Source: an uncultured archaeon (GTDB lineage Archaea; Nanohalarchaeota; Nanosalinia; Nanosalinales; Nanosalinaceae). From it: a stretch of 56,002 bases of DNA. Below the pieces are notes generated by a model. That model was given only the letters and a program-made list of their open reading frames with translations, was not told where the DNA came from and did not search any database. Shown here piece after piece: positions 8,622-18,348 of this stretch. The first letter of the stretch is position 1. Every line of letters starts with the position of its first letter. The position numbers and the translations under genes were made by a program. The stretch spans positions 8,382 through 64,383 of the forward strand of contig CAYQYU010000006.1 of assembly GCA_964421955.1 (NCBI GenBank), given 5' to 3'.

Positions 8622-9005
8622 ATGAGTGCTGCCGGCAGCATAAGGTTTGACCTCGATGGTATGGAAGACGGACTCTCCTGGATGCGGGAGCTCAACACTG
8701 CAACCGCGAGAGGCCTGAGCGAACTCAGGAGAGACGGTGATCCAGGTTACTTCGCCGATGCGATCGATATACTTGAATCGGATGCCAGTGACTATTTCGG
8801 CACAAAAGAGGATGTAACTGTGGCAGAATACCTGTCGTCTAATCCCGGGAATCTTCTTGAACAGTACAGGATATTCCAGGAAGCGATTGAGCGAGAAGAA
8901 GAGGTCTGCCAGGACGTTATCGACACAGCAGAAGGTCTTTACAGAGCCCTGACCGATATCGAGATGCAGGATGCCTACGGTCGTTTCTCAGACCTGGCGG
9001 ATTAG
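8622..9005 (+). CDS. Hypothetical acidic protein
   Basis: ATG immediately after ppa stop; acidic composition. Confidence 0.6.
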   Translation: MSAAGSIRFDLDGMEDGLSWMRELNTATARGLSELRRDGDPGYFADAIDILESDASDYFGTKEDVTVAEYLSSNPGNLLEQYRIFQEAIEREEEVCQDVIDTAEGLYRALTDIEMQDAYGRFSDLAD

Positions 9006-9799
9006 CTGCCTGTGCTCGAATAGTTTGAAAGTCCGTGTTTCCAGAACCCAAGGGCCAGCAGGTAGAATACCGGTCCGGCGACTATTGCTGCTATCTGGAA
9101 GCTGGTCCAGCCCTGTTTTTCCAGGAGGAAAGATGCGGGGAAGAAGGAGGCGAATGCTATCGGGATCAGAGTTACCAGTACAAGCTGGACCGCGGAGCCG
9201 TAGATGCCGTAGGGATACTTCCTGAAATCGCTCATCCTGAAGATCAGCCATATCGCCGCCCGGGAACGCCCAGTCCAGAACGCGGTTGACGCGAACATCA
9301 GGTAGATCGATGCGAAGATCAGGATTCCTGAAACCAGTGCCAGTGATGAATAGACCAGTTTTTCAGCGGTGAAAAGCGCGACATCGAGCCGGGGTATAGC
9401 GTAGGCCAGGATTCCGACATTGACTATGAGCTTTGCCAGCGAGTTGTCGCGGATGCTGTCGGCGTAAACCTGGAAAAGCGGTGAGAGAGGCCTCAACAGG
9501 AAGCGGTCGAAGTCTCCTGTGACGATGTACTCGTCGCCGAGCCTGTATATGTTGAACAGGAAGATGTGGTGGAGATTCATGATGAATCCTCCGACTCCTG
9601 CTAGGAAAAGCATCTCGTTGAATGTCCAGCCCCGTATCTGGTTGACCTGTGTGAATATCAGGGTCAGGAAGAGCAGGGAGAAGACCACGCTCAGTGTGTG
9701 GGCGAGGAATCCCATTATGAAGTCGGTCTTGTAGATCAGGCGGGTCTTCCAGAACTGTCGGAAGTAGAGCCAGTAGATCCTGAGGTATTTGGAGTTCAT
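9002..9799 (-). CDS. ABC-2 family exporter permease
   Basis: GWTFNEM, GDFDRFLLRP, KYPYGIY, C-terminal YSSTGS. Confidence 0.9.
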   Translation of the reverse strand: MNSKYLRIYWLYFRQFWKTRLIYKTDFIMGFLAHTLSVVFSLLFLTLIFTQVNQIRGWTFNEMLFLAGVGGFIMNLHHIFLFNIYRLGDEYIVTGDFDRFLLRPLSPLFQVYADSIRDNSLAKLIVNVGILAYAIPRLDVALFTAEKLVYSSLALVSGILIFASIYLMFASTAFWTGRSRAAIWLIFRMSDFRKYPYGIYGSAVQLVLVTLIPIAFASFFPASFLLEKQGWTSFQIAAIVAGPVFYLLALGFWKHGLSNYSSTGS

Positions 9800-9800
9800 G

Positions 9801-10589
9801 CTAGCCACCCTGCACCGTGAGTTTTTCCCGGGCTTTTAGCCACGCCAGCTGGCCCAGGACGAAGAGAGCCACGATCCAGAATAGCTGTTTCCCGAAGGCG
9901 AAGAGCAGTTCTTCCCCGGCGAGCTGCATCTGGAAGATTGAGATAGGGGTGTCGACCATCGATGGGAAAGGCGTTGCGTGGAAGATAGGTTTCAGGTTTT
10001 CAGGTAGCAGGTAAAGCGGGAACAGAACGCCGGATAGAAGCTGCTGGATCGTTGACCGCATCGATCTTATGCTCCAGCCGACCTTGGTCCAGAAGACGAA
10101 CATGGAGGTGAAGTAGGAGAGCGTGAATACCAGGTTAAAGCCGAGGAACAGGCTGAAAAGGAACGCAGCTCCGTATAAGGGGGAAGGAAGCTCCAGGCCG
10201 ACGATGAGGAATCCGAGCAGCGCGACTGGTATCCCTTTTGCGAGAAAGTTGAATATTGAGCGGCCGAAGACATAGAAATAGAGCTGGCTCCTGAGTGAGA
10301 CGGGGCGCTTGAGTTCGTTTACTATAGTTCCCTCGCGCACCCGCTCCCCGATCTCGTTTTCCAGGTCGGCGGAGATAGAGTTCGACACTATCTGTCCTAT
10401 GAATATATATGTTATGACCGCAGCGAAGCTTGACTCCAGCGACCCTGTCGCCGAGATCGCCCTCCAGATGTAATAGGCCAGCAGCAGGTAGAAAAGAGAG
10501 GTCGCGAAGTTCATGAGGGCGTCGAGACGGTAGGCTATTGCCTCCCTAAACCCTGTCCTGGCTATCTCAACGTACTTGGAAAAACCCAT
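9801..10589 (-). CDS. ABC-2 family exporter permease
   Basis: REGTIVNELKRPV, LSGVLFPLYLLP, C-terminal VQGG. Confidence 0.9.
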   Translation of the reverse strand: MGFSKYVEIARTGFREAIAYRLDALMNFATSLFYLLLAYYIWRAISATGSLESSFAAVITYIFIGQIVSNSISADLENEIGERVREGTIVNELKRPVSLRSQLYFYVFGRSIFNFLAKGIPVALLGFLIVGLELPSPLYGAAFLFSLFLGFNLVFTLSYFTSMFVFWTKVGWSIRSMRSTIQQLLSGVLFPLYLLPENLKPIFHATPFPSMVDTPISIFQMQLAGEELLFAFGKQLFWIVALFVLGQLAWLKAREKLTVQGG

Positions 10590-11570
10590 TCAGAGCCCCT
10601 CGTTGTAAATTTTCTTGACGACGGACTCTATGTCCGGCTCCTTTATCTGGAAGTCGATGACATCGTAGCGCTCCAGAACGTTTCTCATGAGTTCCGAGGC
10701 TGTTATCTCCTCCCTGTTGAAGACGATCTCGATCTCGCCGTTGTTTCTCTCCACCTCCTCGACACCATCCAGATCGACTTCGAAATCCTGGTTAGCCCTG
10801 AGGTCAAGGATCAGCCTTCTCGAGGTGAACCGGTCGACCAGTGCATCAAGCTTGCCATCGTAGATCTTCTTTCCCTCATCGAGCACGATTATCCGGTCGC
10901 AGAGGTCCTCGATGTCGTCAATATCGTGTGTGGTCAGCATCACGGTAATGTTTTTCTCCCGGTTCATCTTCCGGATGAAATCCCTGATCTTCTCCTTCAC
11001 CGCGACGTCGAGACCGATGGTTGGCTCGTCCAGGTAGACAATCTTCGGGTGATGGAGAAACGCAGCAGCGAGTTCGGCGCGCATCTTCTGGCCGAGAGAA
11101 AGCTTTCTCACGGGCTGCTCCCAGAACGCTTCAAGCCCGAGAACCTTGTTGAACTCGGCGATCCGCTCCCGGTACTCGTTTTCTCCCACCTCGTAGATCT
11201 CCTTCAGCAACTTGAAAGAGTCCCTGACAGGGAGGTCCCACCAGAGCTGGGTCTTCTGGCCGAATACCACGCCGATATTCATCGCGTTCTTTTTGCGCTC
11301 CTGGTGAGGATTTCTTCCATCGACCTCTACAGTTCCCGATGAAGGTTCCAGGATACCGGTCAGCATCTTGACCGTGGTGGATTTCCCCGCACCGTTTGGC
11401 CCGATATACCCGATCATTTCACCGCTCTCTATCTCGAGATCAAGTTCATTTACTGCCTCGATCTCGTTGTAGCTGCGGGAAAGGAATGATTTGAGGTATC
11501 CGCGGATTCCCTCCTCGCGCTGGTAGATGCGGAAGGTTTTGGATAGATTCTCGGCTTTGATTATAGTCAT
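10590..11570 (-). CDS. ABC exporter ATP-binding protein
   Basis: GPNGAGKST, LSLGQ, YLDEPT, TTH. Confidence 0.95.
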   Translation of the reverse strand: MTIIKAENLSKTFRIYQREEGIRGYLKSFLSRSYNEIEAVNELDLEIESGEMIGYIGPNGAGKSTTVKMLTGILEPSSGTVEVDGRNPHQERKKNAMNIGVVFGQKTQLWWDLPVRDSFKLLKEIYEVGENEYRERIAEFNKVLGLEAFWEQPVRKLSLGQKMRAELAAAFLHHPKIVYLDEPTIGLDVAVKEKIRDFIRKMNREKNITVMLTTHDIDDIEDLCDRIIVLDEGKKIYDGKLDALVDRFTSRRLILDLRANQDFEVDLDGVEEVERNNGEIEIVFNREEITASELMRNVLERYDVIDFQIKEPDIESVVKKIYNEGL

Positions 11571-11615
11571 GTAGCTAAAGCCGTTTGGAACATTTAAGAA
11601 ACAGGGCCAGTTGTT

Positions 11616-12089
11616 CTACTGGTCGAACACGTCTCTCAAGAGAGAGTCTATCTCTTCAAGAAGAGTGTCCACAGGGAAAGAAGCTGTTTGCATTTTCTGT
11701 TCGAGGTGCCTCACGACAGGCTCCGTGCCTATTACGCGGTAATCTCTGCCGTCATCCACAAGATACACGGCCTCGCTTCTCCTCTTCCCATCCGGACCGG
11801 TGACGCTTAGACTGTACCTGTCAATATCTGGCCGGGACATTTCCAGTTCCGAGATAACTTCGTCGACGAACTCGCCCTCGTCGTGTTCAAGTAGAAAATA
11901 TCCTGTCCGGTTGAAGTTCTGGTGTTCATTACTTACGTCTTCAAGATAGCTTCTTATCCCTGAAAAGGTTGATTTGCCATACTTGAACGCGCCAAACTTG
12001 TTCTCTGGGGTCCCGGACACGGGCACTAAATAGGTTCGAGAGGTATAAATACGGGAGGGTAGTTCAACGGCGAGAGCTGTTCTCTTCAA
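11616..12089 (-). CDS. Hypothetical protein (possibly the distal part of a frameshifted gene)
   Basis: Acidic ORF with only a TTG start, overlapping the upstream ORF. Confidence 0.45.
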   Translation of the reverse strand: MKRTALAVELPSRIYTSRTYLVPVSGTPENKFGAFKYGKSTFSGIRSYLEDVSNEHQNFNRTGYFLLEHDEGEFVDEVISELEMSRPDIDRYSLSVTGPDGKRRSEAVYLVDDGRDYRVIGTEPVVRHLEQKMQTASFPVDTLLEEIDSLLRDVFDQ

Positions 12090-12411
12090 GTCTCTGGGCT
12101 ATCGACCAACTTTCACTGGTCTTGTCAAGTATCTCCTCAACAGTTGAACGCGGCCCGTAAAGCACTATTCCTCTAGGGTACGGGAGAGAGTATACCTTGT
12201 CATCACCAAAGTAGAACTGCGCACCCACGCCCTGGACAAGGCCTTCGGGTATATTATCCTGGTCCAGTAGCTCTTCCACATTGGCCGGAATTTTCTCGTC
12301 GCTTAGACCGTCCAGGGTGTCCAGCATCTGCTCCGTTTCCATATTTTCCTCTTTTCCGAGGTCGTAAGGTATGGCGTAGGGCGCCATATCTCTATTTTCC
12401 CTGGTTTTCAT
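12064..12411 (-). CDS. Hypothetical protein
   Basis: Acidic 115-aa ORF with ATG start. Confidence 0.55.
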   Translation of the reverse strand: MKTRENRDMAPYAIPYDLGKEENMETEQMLDTLDGLSDEKIPANVEELLDQDNIPEGLVQGVGAQFYFGDDKVYSLPYPRGIVLYGPRSTVEEILDKTSESWSIAQRLEENSSRR

Positions 12412-12457
12412 AGAGTGGTCTGAACAGAATATGCAGGATTATCTATATAACGATTTT

Positions 12458-14095
12458 TTAGTCCTCGACCGACACTGGAACGCCTTTCTCCTTCAGGAGT
12501 TCTACCTGTTGCTTCGCGAAGTCTTCCTCGTTGCTACCCTTTGTCGCGATCATGTAGACCTTTGCATCGCCGAAAGGCCTCATGACCCTGCCCGCGCGCT
12601 GCGTGGCCTGCCTGCGCGATCCTCCCTGGCCCGACATGATGATTCCGACCTCTGCATCCGGAAGATCGAGGCCTTCATCTCCTATACGGGAAACTATGAT
12701 CGTGTTGATGTCGCCGTCTCTGAACCTCCGGAAGTAGTTCTCTCGCTCATCGTAGTCGGTCTCTCCCGAGACGAACGGGATATCGAAATCGCGCTCAAGA
12801 TCCTCACCCTGGTCGATCCAGTCGCAGAAGATGATTGTCTTCTCATCCTCGTGCTTCTCAAGCAGTTTCTCGAGCTTTTCCTTCTTCGCAGGATTCTTTG
12901 ATGCGATGATGGCCTTCTTGATGCCGGAGGCCTCGTGGTACTTGTGCCGGTAGTGGTCCGATGCCCACTCCGAGAACATTATCCTGACATCGGGCTTCAG
13001 AACGAAGTCCTGCTGGAAGAAACGTGCCCAGTCACCTCCGATCTCAGGGCCTATGAGTGCGAATATCTCCTTCTCCTTTGAATCCTCCCTGACCGGTGAC
13101 GCGCTCAATCCAATCCTTCTAGTCGACTGGAGCGACGCGGTTCTCCGGAACAGTTTGCTAGGTATGTGGTGGACCTCGTCGAAGATTATGAGTCCCCAGT
13201 CGTTTCTAAATAGCGAGGTTTTCTCGCCGGCGATGTGGTATGTGGCTATAGTTACGTCTTTCATGTCTTTCTGGCCGCCGTGGAACTCGCCGATCTGGTC
13301 CTCGGTTATCGTGGTCTTGTCAAGTATCTCGCGTTTCCACTGGTCTACAAGAGATCGTTGCGGCACCAGGATCAGGGTTGGCGAATCGATCTTCGCCATC
13401 AGCCCTATCGAGGTAACGGTTTTGCCTGAGCCTGCGGGGTTCGCGAGCACCGCGGCCTTCTCTTCATACGCCCGCTTGACGTATTCCTCCTGGTAGTCGC
13501 GGAGATCGATCTGGAGGTCCGCACCTATCTTCTCGTCGACCTCGCGGTATTTTGAATTATCCTCTACAGGGTATCCTTTCTTCAGGAGCGCTTCCTTGAT
13601 TTTGGCTCTCGATTTCGCACCCATCGCTATCCTTGACTTTTTGTCGGTCAGGTCGACCGCGAGGTTGCCTCTAATATTGTCGAGAGAGCGGGCCCACTCC
13701 ATGCGCTCCTGGTCCTCCGACACAAGCGCGTGGTAGGTGCCCTCGTGCTCTATGGAGAACACTTCCTGCCTCTCATAGGTTCGCTCCGCCCACTCGAGGA
13801 ATCTTGGATAGGAGCCAAGGATGCGGGTGTACTTCTCCTTCATTTCCTCCAGGGAGAGAGAGGAGTTCCAGATATCCATCTCCCGGACCTCGAACTTGTA
13901 GTGCTCTCCCGACGAGGTCTCCATGTGCGCAATCTCCGATATCTCGTTCAGCGTCTCCTCGGAGGGATTTGATAGTATGATCTCTCGCTGTGGCTCGAAG
14001 AAAACCACCTTGTCCTGCTGTATCTCCTCGATTTTCTGTAGAAGCTCCTCGCGCGAAAGTTCTTCAAGATCTGTTTCAGTATAGGGCATGCCCAT
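12458..14095 (-). CDS. xpb: XPB/Rad25-like SF2 DNA helicase
   Basis: LRDYQ, PAGSGKT, DEVHH, LSASPVRED, QRAGRVMRP; start placed at ATG 14095 (or 14089). Confidence 0.9.
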   Translation of the reverse strand: MGMPYTETDLEELSREELLQKIEEIQQDKVVFFEPQREIILSNPSEETLNEISEIAHMETSSGEHYKFEVREMDIWNSSLSLEEMKEKYTRILGSYPRFLEWAERTYERQEVFSIEHEGTYHALVSEDQERMEWARSLDNIRGNLAVDLTDKKSRIAMGAKSRAKIKEALLKKGYPVEDNSKYREVDEKIGADLQIDLRDYQEEYVKRAYEEKAAVLANPAGSGKTVTSIGLMAKIDSPTLILVPQRSLVDQWKREILDKTTITEDQIGEFHGGQKDMKDVTIATYHIAGEKTSLFRNDWGLIIFDEVHHIPSKLFRRTASLQSTRRIGLSASPVREDSKEKEIFALIGPEIGGDWARFFQQDFVLKPDVRIMFSEWASDHYRHKYHEASGIKKAIIASKNPAKKEKLEKLLEKHEDEKTIIFCDWIDQGEDLERDFDIPFVSGETDYDERENYFRRFRDGDINTIIVSRIGDEGLDLPDAEVGIIMSGQGGSRRQATQRAGRVMRPFGDAKVYMIATKGSNEEDFAKQQVELLKEKGVPVSVED

Positions 14096-14141
14096 GGTGA
14101 TCGACAGTAAATCTTTTATCCCTGTTCCTCGACAGCAAAAC

Positions 14142-14735
14142 GTGAAAGCAGACCTTTCCAGGAAGCTCTCGCGGCTGGAAAAATTCCGGAATCCACGGAT
14201 CGAGCTCGAGCAATACTCGACACCGCCGGCGCTTGCCGCCGACATTATACATACTGCCCGGATGCAGGGCGATATTGAGGACCGCAAAGTTGTTGATCTC
14301 GGAACAGGGACAGGAATACTCGTGATAGGCGCGGCCCTTTCCGGCGCGGAGAATGTCGTTGCGGTGGAGAAGGATGGGGAGGCGCTGGAGATCGCGCGGA
14401 AGAATGCCGCGGAGCTCGGGGTCGAGAAAGACATCGAGTTCGTCGAAGCCGATGTCCTGGAATACGAAGGATCGTTTGATACATGCGTAATGAATCCGCC
14501 TTTCTCGGTGCACTCCGAACTCGGCGAGGATTTCTTCAGGAGGGCGTTTTCAATAGCCGGCAAAGTATACAGCCTCGCGGCACGGGAGCAGAGTATAAAA
14601 GATTTCGCCGGGGAGTTTCAGCATGAAGTCCTGGCGGTCGAGCCCTACACTGTCGAACTCGGCCCGAGCTACGGTTTCCACACCGAGGAAAAGAGGGAGA
14701 CGGAGCTGGACTTCATAATTACGAGGAGAAAATAA
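14142..14735 (+). CDS. METTL5-family RNA N6-adenine methyltransferase
   Basis: LEQYSTP, DLGTGTG, MNPPF, YGFH; GTG start assumed. Confidence 0.9.
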   Translation: MKADLSRKLSRLEKFRNPRIELEQYSTPPALAADIIHTARMQGDIEDRKVVDLGTGTGILVIGAALSGAENVVAVEKDGEALEIARKNAAELGVEKDIEFVEADVLEYEGSFDTCVMNPPFSVHSELGEDFFRRAFSIAGKVYSLAAREQSIKDFAGEFQHEVLAVEPYTVELGPSYGFHTEEKRETELDFIITRRK

Positions 14736-14736
14736 C

Positions 14737-14979
14737 ATGGAGCTTGAGACTGTCGAGAAGGACGGAAGACTTGTAGTTGACATGCAGCAGAACCACGCGC
14801 TGGCAAATCTTGTAAGAAAGGCTGTGTGGGAGAGTGAGGGCGAGGCATCCTACGATAGAGGCCACCCTCTAGGGGACGAGTCCCAGCTGATCATCGAGGC
14901 CGACAACCCACAGGAAGTTCTGCAGGATGCGGTGGAAACCGCTAGAGAATGGATGGACGACATCGAGGACCAGCTCTAA
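14737..14979 (+). CDS. rpoL: RNA polymerase subunit L (Rpo11)
   Basis: HALANL, SY-x-x-GHPL motifs; conserved context. Confidence 0.85.
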   Translation: MELETVEKDGRLVVDMQQNHALANLVRKAVWESEGEASYDRGHPLGDESQLIIEADNPQEVLQDAVETAREWMDDIEDQL

Positions 14980-15004
14980 ATCTGTTGATCTCCAAACTTT
15001 CTAT

Positions 15005-15544
15005 ATGAAACAGGGTATCAGAGTTCTTGGAATCGACGATGCCGCATTCAGTTTTGACGACGACGAGACGTTCCTGACTGGCGTTGTCTACCGCGGAACA
15101 GAGTTCATCGAGGATATTGTAGCAACGCCAGTGACTGTCGACGGCGAGGACTCGACTGAAAAAGTCGTAGAAATTTTCCGCGCCTGCCAGAATACTTTAC
15201 AGGTCAAGGCGATTCTTCTCGACGGCATAAGCTTCGCGGGTTTCAACATCGTGGACCTCGATGATGTCACGGAGGAGACTGGCAAACCTGTTATCGCAGT
15301 TACCGCAAACGAGCCTGACAGGGACGATTTCCGGGCAACCATGGAGAGAACCGACAACTTTGACGAGAAGTTCGACAAGTTTGAAGACGCGCGAGAAATA
15401 GAGCTGAAGGACGGAAAGGTCTACATACAGTTCTCGGGCGTAAGTTTTGAATCCGCGAAAAAGATAGTCGAGAACTCCACTATACATGGTCTTACACCGG
15501 AACCGATCCGGGTCGCGCACATGATAGGTCGAGCGATGCACTAA
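15005..15544 (+). CDS. DUF99/UPF0215 family (endonuclease V-like fold)
   Basis: RVLGIDDA, VDGED, LDGISFAGFNIVD, PEPIRVAH. Confidence 0.9.
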   Translation: MKQGIRVLGIDDAAFSFDDDETFLTGVVYRGTEFIEDIVATPVTVDGEDSTEKVVEIFRACQNTLQVKAILLDGISFAGFNIVDLDDVTEETGKPVIAVTANEPDRDDFRATMERTDNFDEKFDKFEDAREIELKDGKVYIQFSGVSFESAKKIVENSTIHGLTPEPIRVAHMIGRAMH

Positions 15545-15578
15545 GTATATTGAAAAAGAAACCGTCGGAAGATAAACC

Positions 15579-16091
15579 ATGCGCGAGAGATGGCTTGAAT
15601 TCAGGCAGTCACGCGGGTTCAGCGAGTTCTACTTTTTCGCGATCGCGCTGATACTTGCGTTCGGGGTCCTCCAGACCACGGGAACTGCTCTAGAGACTGA
15701 GAAGCCTGTAGTATCGGTTGTCTCGTGCTCAATGTACCCGGAGCTACATGTCGGAGACATCCTGATAGTAAAGGGGACCCCCTACGAGAACCTGGAAGAG
15801 GAGGATGTCATAGTCTATGACACCCCGAAAATGGAGATTCCGGTGGTGCACCGGGTGATCGAGAGAAACCCGGACTACCTCGAGACCCGGGGCGACAACA
15901 ACCCGTCGCAGCTGGAGTTCGAGAAAAGGGTTGAGCCGGACCAGATCCACGGCCGCGTATTTTTCAAGATACCGAGAATTGGAGGCCTGAAGCTGCTTGT
16001 AATGGATCTCGTCGGCTTTAGCGGCGATAAACCACTGGTGATCGACAGTTACCCAAGTTGCAGTGTAGAGGTTCCTCTGGACCAGCGCTAG
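15579..16091 (+). CDS. Signal peptidase I (archaeal/SEC11 type)
   Basis: VVSCSMYP, GD, VVHRV, TRGDNN. Confidence 0.92.
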   Translation: MRERWLEFRQSRGFSEFYFFAIALILAFGVLQTTGTALETEKPVVSVVSCSMYPELHVGDILIVKGTPYENLEEEDVIVYDTPKMEIPVVHRVIERNPDYLETRGDNNPSQLEFEKRVEPDQIHGRVFFKIPRIGGLKLLVMDLVGFSGDKPLVIDSYPSCSVEVPLDQR

Positions 16092-16134
16092 CGGCGTTAC
16101 CATTTTAAAGATAAACCACTTTACTTGAGCAAGT

Positions 16135-16482
16135 ATGGAATTCTGTGACGAATGCGGAGGAATGCTAGTATCCGAGAAAAAAGATGGAGAAACAGTCATG
16201 AAATGCCGCAGCTGCGGCAACATCCAGGACGTAGAAGGCGGAGACTACACCGTCACTGAAGAAAAGGAAGAAGATCCGATGGACCGCCTCAACGTCTCTT
16301 CTGAGGATGACAAATCGACTACAAGGCCAACCACGAAGAGAGAATGTCCTAACTGCTCAGAAAGCAGCGACGATGAGAAAGAACACGAGTGGTGGATGGA
16401 ACAGACTCGGGCCTCGGACGAGCCGCCAACACGCTTCTACGAATGCACAGAGTGCGGCAACGTCCACAAGGAGTACGACTGA
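16135..16482 (+). CDS. tfs: Transcription factor S
   Basis: MEFCDECG, CRSCG, CPNC, QTRASDEP, CTECG. Confidence 0.95.
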   Translation: MEFCDECGGMLVSEKKDGETVMKCRSCGNIQDVEGGDYTVTEEKEEDPMDRLNVSSEDDKSTTRPTTKRECPNCSESSDDEKEHEWWMEQTRASDEPPTRFYECTECGNVHKEYD

Positions 16483-17064
16483 TCACTCCACTTCTATGTC
16501 CTCTTTCTTGTCCAGTTCTTCCGCTAGAATGTTGACTGATGAGCGCAGCTTCCGGATCTCGTCCCACATATCGGTCTTTTCGGACTCGAACTCTTCTGAA
16601 TCGAGCTTCCGCTCGAAGTCGTACTCGCGCCTGTTGGCCTCGAGGAGCCACTCGTTCTCCAGCCGGTCAACCTCTTCCTGGAGATCGGAGAAGTCGCTTC
16701 TCAGCCTGTTCTGGGAGGTGTTGAGCCGGTCAATAGTTTCCGAAACCTTCCTCAGCGTCACCAGCAGCTTCCTGTCAACGATCTCTCTCAGCTCCCGGTC
16801 AAGCTCTTCCTGGTGGGCTTCGAGAACGTCGAGCCGCTGTTCGAGCTCTTCAATCCACACCTCGTCCTCGGAGGCGCGCTGGTTTATATCTTCAATAGTG
16901 GCGGCCTCTGCCTCTTCGACCCGGTAGTCTTCCTGCACGACGTTCCGGGTGTCCTGCAGCGCGCTGTCGAGCGCGTTCAGGTGGGATTCAAGCTTCTCCA
17001 GCCGCCGGGAAACATTCTGCACTCCTTCGAGCGCCTCTTCGGCCTGTTTCCCGAGTATATCCAT
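16483..17064 (-). CDS. Hypothetical coiled-coil protein
   Basis: Heptad-rich acidic sequence from MDILGK. Confidence 0.7.
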   Translation of the reverse strand: MDILGKQAEEALEGVQNVSRRLEKLESHLNALDSALQDTRNVVQEDYRVEEAEAATIEDINQRASEDEVWIEELEQRLDVLEAHQEELDRELREIVDRKLLVTLRKVSETIDRLNTSQNRLRSDFSDLQEEVDRLENEWLLEANRREYDFERKLDSEEFESEKTDMWDEIRKLRSSVNILAEELDKKEDIEVE

Positions 17065-17145
17065 GGAGCAAGTTTTGTTCCGGCAGTATTTGAATCCCAT
17101 GCAGGGGCGAAAAGGGTTAAAACAGTTGACGGCGAGCTTGAAAAC

Positions 17146-17475
17146 ATGCCAGACCAGCAGAGAAGAGCACCGGCAGTTCCTAAGGATATCGATGCAATCA
17201 ACCCGAGAGATGATATACGTGTCCGGGTGATAGGCACTGTTATCTCGAAACAGGACAACTCGGTGAATATTGACGATGGAACAGGAACGGTAGAGGTGTT
17301 CCTGGAGGAAGACTACCTGGAAGACCTGGAGGAGAACCAGCGAATCCGCGTTCTGGGCCGGGTCCTCCCAACGCCCGAGAGCTTTGAAATACAGGGAGAG
17401 ACTGTGCAGGACTTTGAGGGCGTTGACCAGGAGCTCTACGACAGGGTTAAAAAAGTTGTCAGCACTACTGAATAA
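17146..17475 (+). CDS. Single OB-fold protein, probable small RPA subunit
   Basis: RRAPA, VRVIGTV, IDDGTG, RVLGRV; upstream of PCNA. Confidence 0.75.
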   Translation: MPDQQRRAPAVPKDIDAINPRDDIRVRVIGTVISKQDNSVNIDDGTGTVEVFLEEDYLEDLEENQRIRVLGRVLPTPESFEIQGETVQDFEGVDQELYDRVKKVVSTTE

Positions 17476-17492
17476 CACAAGGTGAGAAGGGA

Positions 17493-18245
17493 GTGTTTAA
17501 AGCTGAACTAGAGGATATATCTTTGATCCAGGATTCGATGAAAACCGTTTCAGACCTGATTTCCGAGGGTCTTTTCCAGTTGACCGAGGACGGAATCGAA
17601 CTTGTTGCGGCGGATCCAGCGATGGTCGCGCTAGTCGACTTCACGATGGATAAGGACGTTTTCGAGAACTACGAGCTCGATGAGGAGGCAAAGGTCGGGC
17701 TGAATATTGAAAACTTCTACTCGATTCTCAGGCGCGCGAACTCAAACGATACTATAGTGCTTGAGCTGAAAGAGGACGACTCCAAGTTCTACATAACCAT
17801 GGAGAATTCCTCGACAAGGAACTTCTCGCTACCCATACTCAACCTTTCAGAAGACGATATTCCTGACACGCAAAACCTCGACTTCACTTTCACCGCGGAC
17901 CTCGAAACTTCTGTAATCGAGAGCGCGATCAAGGACGCGCTGGTAGTCGGTGACTCCGTAAGGATTTCGGCGGACAGCGACGGAATCGATATTGAGGCCG
18001 AGGGTGATCAGAGCAACGTTGACTTCCACATCGACGGCGATGCGGAAGGAGTCCTCGAATTTGACGGCGGCGACGCCAACTCGATGTTCTCGCTTGACTA
18101 TCTCAACAACATGATCGGAGCCAAGAAGCTCTCCGATACAGTCGCGGTCAAGATGGGAGAGGACTTCCCGATGAGGATGGAGTTCACAGTCCCGGAAAAG
18201 GCGAAACTGAGCTTCGTGCTTGCTCCACGCATCGAGGAAGAGTAA
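17493..18245 (+). CDS. pcn: DNA sliding clamp PCNA
   Basis: ADPAMVALVD, FSLDYL, FVLAPRIE. Confidence 0.97.
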   Translation: MFKAELEDISLIQDSMKTVSDLISEGLFQLTEDGIELVAADPAMVALVDFTMDKDVFENYELDEEAKVGLNIENFYSILRRANSNDTIVLELKEDDSKFYITMENSSTRNFSLPILNLSEDDIPDTQNLDFTFTADLETSVIESAIKDALVVGDSVRISADSDGIDIEAEGDQSNVDFHIDGDAEGVLEFDGGDANSMFSLDYLNNMIGAKKLSDTVAVKMGEDFPMRMEFTVPEKAKLSFVLAPRIEEE

Positions 18246-18348
18246 CTTCTCGATGCTCCAAGAAGACAGCTACAGGCAGTCTGTGACACGCATCGAGGAG
18301 TAGATCCCGGACCTTACTGATTTAGGTCTTGAGCTATACCCAGTTTCT

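Noticed and set aside
14096-14563. N-terminal extension of the 701-aa XPB ORF
   Set aside because: Antisense shadow of the METTL5-like gene; helicase-like sequence starts near 14095
16813-17478. Long 5' extensions of ORFs 16483-17478(-) and 16813-17475(+)
   Set aside because: Mutual antisense shadows; the plausible starts are 17064 and 17146
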